Assembly (NCBI RefSeq): GCF_000002075.1
Contig: NW_004797660.1
Span: forward strand, 389,071 to 453,070
From: Aplysia californica
Lineage: Eukaryota
Reading direction: 5' to 3'
Length of the DNA stretch: 64,000 nt
A program made the translations under genes and the position numbers. The notes beneath the pieces are model-generated. The model was not told the origin of the DNA. It saw nothing but the letters and a program-made list of their open reading frames with translations, and did no database searches. The stretch's first letter is position 1, and each line of letters starts with the position of its first letter. Shown piece after piece: positions 25,388 through 37,300 of this stretch.

Positions 25388-28300
25388 TAGACAGGCAGGC
25401 AGGCAGACAGACAGACAGACAGACATGTTCTGCAATAAATAGATCTGAAGCAGATATTGGCGGCTATGGTTCACCACTCCTTTCTCCTCTCACTTTAAGT
25501 TGCTTTAACAAAATCCCTGTGATATCTGGATTTTTTTCTATCACCCATTTGTCAAAGTTCTTCAAGTAAATCATTCTAGTTCTGCCTCTGCCTCTTCCAT
25601 CTTCAATTTATCCACTGAGAGGAAGATATTCAATCCACAACAGTAGAGAATCTCCTTAACCCCCTGCCTCACACTTGACTTTCAGTTCCCAAGGACCAGA
25701 GTTGCCGCCAGCTTTCTATGCGGGTTATGTGTTACTTTAATATGAATAACTCTGTCTCTAGTAAAATTATAGATATGAAACTTCACCAAACTGTTAAGAA
25801 TATGCTTCCCAATGCCGTAACACATTTTCATTGAAAAAAATATTTTGGTTTGAATCATTTAGGTGTAATCATTTATGTAATAGCAAGTTTTCATGTAGAC
25901 TCAGTTCCTAACAGAGATAAAAGGTTAGATCTAGATTTGTTCATAGAGTAAATTTCTCCTAAATCAATGATAAGTGGCTCTAGATCAATTTTCATCACTT
26001 TCTCCTCGATCTGAAGACTTGCAATCCAAATAATCAAGACCACTGTCTGAGTCAACACAGTCTGTGTCTTTACAAATTTTGTCCCACACTTAAGGTTCTG
26101 GTTTTAAACTCATCTCATTCTTTTCCACATTTAATTGCCATAAATTGGAAGCAAAATATCAAAACAAAATTAATCGATGAGTTAATGAAAACATAAATGT
26201 GAGGCAGCATGGAGGAATCAGGCGCTCGTCAAATTAATGAAAGTCAAGAAACTGGCATTTTTCAGCAGGCTTGGGAATTTTTATCAAATTTTTGTTTTTT
26301 GGCTCAACACTTTTCATGCCCTTTAAAAACACATTTGTGAGGATTTTGCTGAAAAACGTTGATTAAAAGCATAAAAGATGTATATTTTCAGTTTCCGCAA
26401 ACTCTCGAAATAACTCAACTTTGGCGGCCATTTTCTCGCTAATCTTACGTCTGAAACCAGGCAACTCCAACTCCTTCAATTGCCAATCTCTTGACTTGTA
26501 TCAAAGATAAATGGAATCAAAAGCAAGGCAAATGGACAGACTTTAATATGATACCAATAACTCCATATGTCCTAAAATTGACGAGCGCCTGATTCCACCG
26601 CGTTGTGACACAAACATATTTGGGGACACATCAGCAGGCCTTTATTTAGATCTAGGTCATTTCGCTTGCTCATATACTCATTCACAACCCTGGGGGAGCA
26701 GTCGTTCTCCGCAAGTAGTCTCATCCATGGCCGCGTAGGTGTTCACCCTGCTTTTTCCTGTCACTGAGGACAGACCGGGCGTACAGACTAAAAACTGAAC
26801 TATTGTATGTGACAGGACTGCCTGTCAGGCTCACCTGAACCCTTTGTGTGTACTCCGGCAGCAGGGCCAGACTTTCGTCAGACAGGAGATACTGCAGGCG
26901 CCTGTACTCGTCCTTCAGGGCCATATTCCTGTCATGCTCGGAGAACTGAAAACAGCACATCAGGAAAGATCAAAGTAAGGTAACGGTGATAATATTGCCG
27001 TAAGCAGACAAAACACCTTTTTTAAAAATTCACAGCAGTTTCAAGATAAAGAGGTTTTTTGTCAGCGTAACAATATTAAATAGGTGTCTTTACGAAATTT
27101 GAATTCTAATTGATCTAAATACTAGTCAGTTTCACTTTGACTTTCTTCAAACAAGTAGGGTAACTGATCAGGCTTTAAATTTATCAAACAAATAAATTTG
27201 GAGTAAAAAATTTTTTAAGGCTTACGGCAGAATAGTCTCAAAATCCCTCCAATGGAAGATTGCATAATAACTTCACAATAGCTCCCCAGACTTATAAATA
27301 TTTTCTTCTTTTTCTCTCTGTTCATCTTTTAATAGCCACCCCAGTCTCTAGTGCAAAGGCAGCAGTAAACACATCAACACTATGCATTCTGTTGGGGATT
27401 CATGCCACCTGTGCAAACATTAATGAACTACAGAGCAAAGTGTTTAAGTCTACTATTTCCATTCCCCTGAAGAAAGCAATAGATTTAGACCTAAAGAAAA
27501 TGGGATACAGTTCAGCAGAACAGAAGTGGAGACTACAGCAAAGGACAGAAATAGAGAGTACTTGTTTGTGGCCTGTACTCTGGCACCAGTTAAANNNNNN
27601 NNNNNNNNNNNNNNNNNNNNNNNNNNNNNNNNNNNNNNNNNNNNNNNNNNNNNNNNNNNNNNNNNNNNNNNNNNNNNNNNNNNNNNNNNNNNNNNNNNNN
27701 NNNNNNNNNNNNNNNNNNNNNNNNNNNNNNNNNNNNNNNNNNNNNNNNNNNNNNNNNNNNNNNNNNNNNNNNNNNNNNNNNNNNNNNNNNNNNNNNNNNN
27801 NNNNNNNNNNNNNNNGATGTTAGCAGCAGCACACATATATGGTGATGGCAATCATACCCCTTATGCTACAAGCTAAAGAAATATCAGAATCAACGAAAAT
27901 TCTGAAAAATGAAAAAGTAGCGATTCAAATTCTCCCCCAAAAAGAAAAATCCTACACAGCATAATGAGAAATTAATTAAACTTACAATCTTGCAATGACA
28001 GACCATTAACCATTTAGCCAGAATGCCCCTTTCCGACTTCTTCTACCTCAATACATTACAAAACCCTCCCTTACACAAGGTTCTTCTTTAATTTCAGAGT
28101 TTTGTTTGGCCACACTGAAAAGAACCCATAAGTTTCTATCCACACTGAACCTCTGATTCTACAAATCAAAGCACTATTGGAACACTGAGCTAACTTTCCA
28201 CATGATTAATTCTTATCCTCACAAATAAATCAAATAGATTTTAAGTGTAATCCAAACCACCGTTTCATTTCTAAAACTCACATGTTCCAGAAAGACTGGA

Positions 28301-31300
28301 CACCGGGGGCAGTTGAAATCGGAGAAACCCTCCTCTAGAAACTGAAGAGTGCGGCATTGTTCTACTAGATCCATGTCTCGGAATTTTAGGTCATTGACTG
28401 GATGAAGTCCTGGCAACCCTGAAGGATTGGACTCGCTCAGTCGCAGCAGCTCTTGCGTTGCTGTGGTAACACAGCGGTCTGGTGGCTCATCTCTGAGGTT
28501 TCAAAAAAATCACAATATTTTTTTCAAGTTCATTGCTTGACAGAGAGAACAGTGAGAGGTAGTTGCAATCTCAGTATGAGAAAAGTGAATCAGAAAAAAG
28601 AGATGGACCACAAGTACAGTCATGCACCACTACACAGAACAGTGCTCCCACCAGCTGAAGCTGAAAAGTAAGGAAAATTCTGCCGGGGGTCTCTGGTGCG
28701 GCGGCCCCCCAGCGCAGCGTCCCGGTGGGGGTTCAGGGGGCGAGGCCCCGTAAGAAATAGAAATTTAGTGCTTTTAGAGGGCTGAAAATGGCATCTGGGA
28801 GCCTGTTTGAAGAGATTGCCCACAACCCATAACATTTATTTTTCCCCCAACAAATGGCCAATCTTCGGATAGGTGGACACACGCCCTTATTCGTTACTTT
28901 TTTTGCAGTTGTTTGTGTGCTGTTCTAATTTTGATTTCATTCTGTCTTGTTTGATTTCTTCACATCCTACATATCCTCCCATTGCTGGCAATGTTTAAAA
29001 GCAGGTTCCCCTTCCATTGCTACTATAATTCAATTAATTTGTCATCGCACCCTTGATAGAAGGCAAACCTGGGAATAAGGAATACATATGTACCTTCACA
29101 AATACAGTTACCCGGGGTATTCCCTAATTTTCCTTAAATTTCACGTCCGAATGTCGCATGTCACAACCTCGGAACACCACTTCGAATTATTCTTGATGTT
29201 AGTAGTTTTATGCTGGTTTTAGCATAAATTTCTTTCATCGCGGCCCTTATCCTAGCATCTGCGTTTGTCGCGCGGCCGCGATTTTTGCATTTTTCAAAAA
29301 GAAAAGGCTATTTCATGTGTATTTTGATAATTTTAAGGTGTCCATGTATAGTTATTTTCACGCTAAGAATAATAATAAGTACATTACATACTATTTATTA
29401 TATTGCTGTTTGTCTTTTATTTTTCCCTCTTTGTCGGTGTGTTATTTTTTGGGGGGTTATTTTTCTGATCTATTTGTGTGTCTGTTTATACAGCGTAATG
29501 TCATTTAATTTGATGTTCCTACATAAAAAATAAAAAATAAAAATATATATTATAAATGTGTTATGTTAGAGCGTGTCTCCACCAAATCCGAACACTGACA
29601 CTGGCAGGCCCCTTGTGTGTTATTCCATAATTTACATCCTGTACTTTTTCTTGAATTAGACATGTTTAGAGTTAAAATGGGCAATCTTCGGATAGGTGGA
29701 CACACGCCCTTATTCGTTACTTTTTTGAGGTTGTTTGTGTGCTGTTCTAATTTTGATTTCATTCTGTTGTGAAACCTTTATTTTTCACGTTTTTACACTC
29801 TATGTGGCTACAATTAATATTCTGGATGCTTAAAACAGAGCACAAGAAATTCTGGTGCTTTAGATTAAGTTACATTACTTCGTCACAGCTAGTTGAAAGC
29901 CTGAAAATTATTGGCAACTTTTGGCATTTTTGTGGCAACTTTTGGCAACTTTTGGACAAAAAAATGGTACTGCCGACCAACCCACAATGAATGCATAATG
30001 TGGCATAGCGGAATAATGGCCAATTGCAGGAAATGCGCTATCTGGCAGGTTTCTATAACTTCTAACTTGTTGCCGAGAGAATTACCGTAAATATCCGTAA
30101 CTTATATTAGCACTAGTACTAGACGATACGAAGGCGAGTACAGATCTTTTGCTACGGAATTTCGGTAGTCCTACGCTGTCGCAGCTTTTTACGGAGGGAG
30201 TTGATATTGATGGAGGAGCAAGTACGGAAATGGCAGAAAGTACGGATTTACGTAAAAATACGGAAGAGTGGAAGCACTGACAGAAGTAGCAGAAATGAAC
30301 AATCACTCATACCTTTTGCAAAGCCAGAAAAGATCGGGCATCCGTCATCCAAAGCAGTAAAAGAAATATCTTTTAAGACAATAAACAGGTCTGAAACCAA
30401 TTTTTATGACAACATCCTTCTCCAGTTTTGTTGCTAATTTTTGAGTGGTTACTGAGCTTGGGACTAACATTCAGATAATGTCAAGCAACTATATAACAAT
30501 AATAATAATAATAATTTTAAAATAACAATAATAATAACAACAAAAATAACAATGATAACAACAGCATTTAAGTAGCGCATATCCACACTCTATAGCATGC
30601 TCTATGAGTTTTACAACTATTATTACCGCAACAGACCCTAGAACACTCAGAAACGTTCTCTGCTTCTCAGGAAGCATACAGTGCAAGCTGCAGATTGCAT
30701 GCACCCAAACATTTACATATTGACAAGATCTTTCATCGTCTATAGCTCGGTAACCATTCCGACTTGGGTGAAGAGAGGAAAATTTGTGTAAAGTGCCTTC
30801 CCCAAAGACAAAACGCCAGGTCCATGATGGAATTCAAACCCACAACCTTATGGTTGCGAGTCCTAGACCATCAATGCCACACTAACAACACAGCCTTCAG
30901 TTGTGAGGTCACTGGGGTGCGTCCTTGAGCAACACATGTTAACGTACTGCTGGTGTACTTTCATTAAATTTATGTGTGTCCTTGAGCAAGACTAATTAAT
31001 GAGCTGCTTGTGCACCCTTCAGTTAATTTATCTATGTACACGTTTCACTTTAAATGAAAGAGGGATGGAGAACTATAACCACCAATGTTTGCTCCAGACA
31101 AGACACTTGATGTTGATGCTGACACTGCTGCTGATGATGATGATGATGTGTTGTACATGCCACTAACAAAACTTTCTACACAGAGATCAGTAAATGTGGT
31201 GTTTTACTTTCTTCTTTTGACAGAATTTTCTTTTACCCAACAGAGCACAGTTGGAAAGCCCTCAAGCTACAATAGCATCATATTGGGTCCATAACAGAAG

Positions 31301-34300
31301 AGCTGGAAATCACTCAAAAGGAGAATTGTACACTTTCGATATTGTGGATAAAATATATTGGCAGTCACAATCTCCGAAACTATTTATATATTGACTTTTC
31401 CATTTATCAACCATTGCAACCTTTTAGCTACACAGCTAAACTACTTTTCTTCAAACTAGCCTCATTGTACAGGCTAATACTAACAAAAATCATCTTAACA
31501 GCCAACCCACATTTTGGAACTATTTGGTGACAAAAACATGAAGATCTCAAGAAGGGCCAAGACAGGGCTACCAGCCTCAAGACTCTCTGAAGCTGAAGGC
31601 GACAGGACTCACACCAAGAATAACATACAATTCAACAAACAATACTCTTTCTACTTTACTATAATCTGCCCTTCAAATCAGTACAAAAACAAAAACAGTT
31701 CAAGAAATTGAAAAATAGACAGATGCAGTAAACAAATCAAACAGATCTCATTTTACTAACCAGACCATATAATTTCTAAAAAGATGTCATTAGGATTAAC
31801 ACTTTGCAGTCACTTGGCGCAATAATGTGCCGGTGAAAATTATATGTTCCGGTCACCTGGCGCAGGAGAAATCCGTTGCAGTCACTCTCCTGGCTGAGTG
31901 ACTAGATGGGTATTTTGTACTGCTGGCTGTGTGACTGCAAAGTGTTAAAATGAAAATTAAAAAGAAAAAAACATGCAACCTAAGGTTGAATATCGATATC
32001 ACTAACAGTTTTAAAAAATGGTTTTGTGAAATTCTAGCAAAGATAGAGTAATTATCCTCTCCTTACTTGAAGCGGGGATGATCTCGACGCCTTGTGTCAT
32101 GGATAATCCCATCAGCGTCCACGCGAATGACCTTGGTGGTGACACGTGCAATGTCATTGCTCTTGAGCTCTAGCACCTGTTGCCAGCTGGCACCCTCCGG
32201 CAGGAAAAGAGAACTAGGCAAAACCGGACCCACTCCTGGTAAGGAGAACAGTTGATGACAGGTTACATTTTCTCAGTCCACCTAATCAGATCATTCCTTC
32301 AACAACTTAAGTAGCAACTGGTCCACACAATTAAATCAGCTTATCAAGCTAAATCTTTTTTTTTAACGTGTTAAATTATTGGTTGATGTAAACAAAGTCA
32401 TTGATACACTTGCTTGAACCATTTGCATATCTGGTTATTGATTAACAGACTCAAATCGTTGGCTGACCAAGGAAATATCATTGGTTTTTCAAGTTTAGCA
32501 TCGGTTTCCACAATAAAATCATAAACTTGGAATATCGAAAGAAAATAATATAACTCTCAGACAAAAAGAAAACAGGAGACAGTTTTGCCCTCTCATTTTT
32601 TTGCATGATTTGGCTAGTCGGCACACATGCAAAGTAACTTTAACTTGTTTTGTGGGCTTTTTAATTGCATCCATTCTCATGTGGAGAGGACTTATATAGA
32701 GCAGCTTTGTCTTCGAACAGAGATGTCGTATCCCTCTCAACCCTAACTGGCCCTGACAAGCAAGAGTGAAGCCTTCTAAATGATTTAAATAGTGTCACAT
32801 TTACACATCAACAAATAAAAATTACTCACTGTGTTTTGAAGGTTCTCCGAGGCCCTCTTCTCCTTTCTCTGAAAGCACCAGTGTTGTGAACTTCCGCTCA
32901 TTGTTTGTTCCGACAGACGAGGCAAGCACCACGCCCAGAACTGCCTGGCCCAGAGGCCGCCGGACCATCAACACTCGGCCCGGGGACAGGAGCTTAAGAG
33001 CTGTCGGGTTGGTCAGCATCACAGACTGTCAAAGAGCCCAAGCAATGAGGAAAGAAACGAACTAGGTGATAATACATATACGTATTTGAAATAAGTTATT
33101 AACTAACTATTGAAATTTACAATTAAAATAACACAGCCTTCTTAACAGAAGGCCCTATACACTTGACAATTTATTACTCCCATAAGTAATAGCAGCAACA
33201 GAAGAAAGTGTAAGATAAGCAATAGTAGTCAAAGCAGTAACTGCTGTAGCAGCAGCAGTGTTCACAGCCGCAATAAAAGTAGCTACAGTGACACCATTAG
33301 AAAGTTCCCAAGTACAAGCTACGACAGCATACGTTACAGTCATGAACTCATTTTAAACTGCTCACACTAATGATGTCACTGGTCTGCTGTCATTTTTAAA
33401 AATATAGTATGTGCAATTTTTACAATTTAAAAACCTTTTTTGTGGGGTAAGTGTTTTACGGCGCTCAGAACTGCATATATGAGCTCGCGGGACACATTAA
33501 ACATTTTCAGTTGTTAGGAAATTTTGAATTTTACCCGGGTGGCGGCCACAGCCTACTCTATTGATTTTAGACCACCAAGGGATCTTAAACACTTGCGCAA
33601 CTTGCACACTGGCCTTCTGAGATTTTTCGTCCTTGTCCAAGAAGGCTAGGTGTAGATCTTTCCTACCAGAAGATCAGGGGTGTGGCTGAAAGACAGCAGT
33701 AAGAAGGAGCCAAGGAGTAGCAGTAGATCGGCTGCAGAAAGAGTCAGAAGCCCAGAGGAGGGGGCAAAGAATGTGAGGGGGTGGGAGCAGAAAGAGGAGA
33801 CGAAAGCAGACGACAGAACATTGCTAGAGAGCAGGAAAGGAGATGAAAATAGACAATTTTAGAGCAGAACGTTTTTCGGTAGCTACTCGGATTTGAACCC
33901 GGAACCTTTGAATGCAAGGCCAACACCTTAACCTCTAGGTTACGAGAACCCCCCCTTTTTACAATTTTACTGGAGAGCCAAAAAACTGAAAATGTTACCA
34001 AGAACAAAAACTCTTTGCAAACATCCAAAGTCAATATCTTTAGGTAAGAATACCAATTTGATAGATCTATATGTGACACGTCTTTGTGGAACCAGGCGCT
34101 CGTCAATATTCGGGCATATGAATTTATTGGAGTCATCTAAAAGCTTGTCCATTCGCCTTGCTTTCAATGAAAAAAATTTCCATTTATCTTGAATAGAAGT
34201 CGAGATATTTGCAATTGAAGGAGGTGGGGTCGCCTGGTTTCAGAAGTAAAATTAGCGAGAAAATAGCCACCAAAGTTTGGTAAGTTCAATAGCTTGAGAG

Positions 34301-37300
34301 TCATTGAAAACTGAAAATTACACATTTTGTGCCTTTAAACAAGATTTTTCACTAAAAGTTATATGGAAATGTGTGGGGGCTCTCGTGGCCTAGAGGTTAA
34401 GGTGTTGGCCTCTCATTCAAAAGGTCCCGAGTTCGAATCCGGGTAGTGACCGAAAATTTTCTTCTCTAAAATGTTGTCTCCTTTCACCTCCTTTCCTGCT
34501 CTCTAGCAATGTTCTGTCGTCTGCTTTCATTTCCACTTTCTGCCCCCACCCCCTCACCTCCTTTGCCCCCTCCTCTGGGCTCCTGACTCTTTCTGCAGCC
34601 TTTCTACTGCTACTCCTTGGCTCCTCCTTACTGCTGTCTTTCTGCCACACCCCTGATCTTCTGGTAGGAAAGATCTACACCTAGCCTTCTCGGACAAGGG
34701 CGAAAAATCTCGCAGGGCCCGTGTGCAAGTTGCGCACGCTAAAGATCCCTTGGTGGTCTAAAATCGATAAGAGTAGGCTTCGGCCGCCACCCGGGCAAAA
34801 TTCAAAATTTCCTACCAACTGAAAATATTAGGATTGTCCCGCGCGCTCATATGACCTATGCAGTTGCGAGCGCCGTAAAACACTTTACAAAAAAAAATTT
34901 TTTTTTAATGGAAATGTGTTTTCATATGAACATCAAAGGTGTTTAGCCAAAAAACAAAATAACGATAAAAATTGTCAAACTGGTGGAAAAATGCCTTTTT
35001 CTTTTCTTTCTTTATTTTAATGAGTGCCTGATTTCACCACGATGCCTCACATATTATCTTTATAGCAAATAATTTTATTGGTAACAAAATTTAGTTTTTT
35101 GGCTCTCCTGTAAAATTGTAAAAACAGCATAAATGGACTGTATTTTTACACATGACAGCAATAGTAGATTCCCTGTATTTGGCCCACAGAGCAATGGAAA
35201 TGATAATGGAACAAAGATAAAGAACGAAGAGTCAACTTAATCAATAGACAGCAATGCTGAGAAGAATATTTGCAGAAGTGGTTCTCCTTGAAAGTTTTTT
35301 AAAAATGTAATCATAACGAGTTTAGCAACGTTAAAAAAATTATGCATAAAAAAATGTCATAGTCTTTAGTGTTTTAGGTCAAGATTGTAAAGGATTCAAT
35401 TAAATCAACACCCATGGAAGTCCTCACTTAGTATCCTGTCCACGTAGATCTATTCATAGCATCAGCTTGGAGAAAACAGCAACAAAGGAGGAAATTCTAC
35501 ACAAAAATGAAAATATTAGCTTATTCAGTCTCTTTGTCTAAAATCCCTCTAACACTAACAACTGTTTCTTTAATAAACATACATAAATCTACATGCATGA
35601 TTTAGAGCTTTATGTTTCGTTATTAGACAAATGAAACAGTAACTAAATAACCTTATCCTCGGTGAGAAGACCATCAATGGTAACACAATATACACTTCAG
35701 ATCTACCTAAAACCTTTCACCTTTACTAGTCTCACCTGCAAATATCTCTGTAGCTCGTGATATTCACGGCAATCCTCGTAATACTTTTCCAGATCCAGTG
35801 AACACAAGTAGCACTCAATGTTCTTGATTCCAGTCATCTTTTGCTTCAATTCCTCCAGGGCCTTGCGGTGGACAGCCGTGTCTTTCTGATGGTGGAACTC
35901 GGAGAAGCTGCGTTTGATCATGTCCTGTACACGCAACTGCTCCACACGCAGCAAGTTCAGGATCATTGTGTAGGTCAAGCGGAACTGAGACTCCAGACAT
36001 GTCGGTTTACCCTGGGACACAGGCGAAATCAAAAGCATAAATGAGAAAAAAAGACTACATTAAAAATGTTTTGGTTTTCTCAAGAGTTAACGCACAGAAA
36101 GACACACATGGTTATTTCAAAGACAGCAAACTTGGCCAGTAAGGCGTAAGAAATGAGTGATGAAGGAGACACAACACGAAAGTAAATGTCCCTCGTGAGC
36201 ATCTGAGCACAGACAATATTAACTTACCACAACTAGGGTCACATCTCTTGCAAGTGTGTGGGATTGTACAGTTAATATAAATAATAACCATATTAGAAAC
36301 AATTATAATAATAATATTTTAAAAATTCACCGAGAGCAAAGCAAATGAACAAGCTTTAAAATGATACCAATAAGTCCACATGTCCAAAACGTGACGAACG
36401 CCTGATTTCACCATGTCATGACCCTGTGTCTCGATGCGGTGGAATCAAATACTCATCAATTTTTGGGCATGTGGAGTTATAGGTATCATCTGAAAACTTA
36501 TTCATTTGCCTTGTGTTTGATGCAAAATATACTCATCTGTCTTGAATAGAAGTCAAGATATTTGCGATTGAAAAAGGTGGGGGTCACCTGGTTTTAGAGG
36601 TAAAATAACGAGAAGTTTGGTACTTCAATAGTATGAGAGTCCTAGAAAAATGAAAATGTGCATATTTTGAGACTTAAATCAACGTTTTTCATTCAAATTC
36701 ATATGAAAATGTGTTGTTGAAATTTATTGGCTGTCCATCCAATACTTGCAAAAACAAAACAAACTGACAAGGCATGTCAAAAGCCTTTGATCCTGATTGT
36801 GCATCACTAGAAACCATGCTGCGTGCTGCAGCTGAAAGTCTCCAACAATTACGCACATTTTTTTTATCCTCTCATCGGCCTAGGCCATCATCCACAACAC
36901 AATGCTCAGGAGATTTTCTAACTCATTGTCAAACTCATGTTTGGACAGGGGACTGCATTAGGGAAGGAAAGGATTTGGAAGCAAATGAGTGTACCAGCAT
37001 CATTTTATGCAGCTCCGACATCTCAGGGACGTCCCCTTTGCATAACAAGATGACTGTTCCTGTAGTGTCCAGGCCACGTCGACCGGCCCTGCCCGCCATC
37101 TGGATGTACTCGCCCGGCAGAAGGTTCCGGAAGTTTGTGCCATCGTGTTTGCGTATGCTGTCAAAGATCACAGTGCGGGCCGGCATGTTCACTCCCATGG
37201 CAAAGGTCTCGGTGGCAAAGAGGATCTGAAAGAATAGAAATACAGCCAATAAATATAAAGAATAAGATGAAATAATAACAGTTCATCAGTTTTTAAAAAA

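Noticed and set aside
27260-27876. ORFs containing long X runs (also 21978-22224, 44693-45313, 46518-46781)
   Set aside because: They read through N-gaps
34375-34452. tRNA-like sequences here and at 4034, 13987, 33880-33950, 39700-39774, 23541
   Set aside because: These are SINE heads: no proper acceptor stem, and they are continuous with the SINE body and TSDs
36774-37229. 151-aa + strand ORF (also 46732-47115 and 52877-53185)
   Set aside because: Antisense shadows of SKI2 exons
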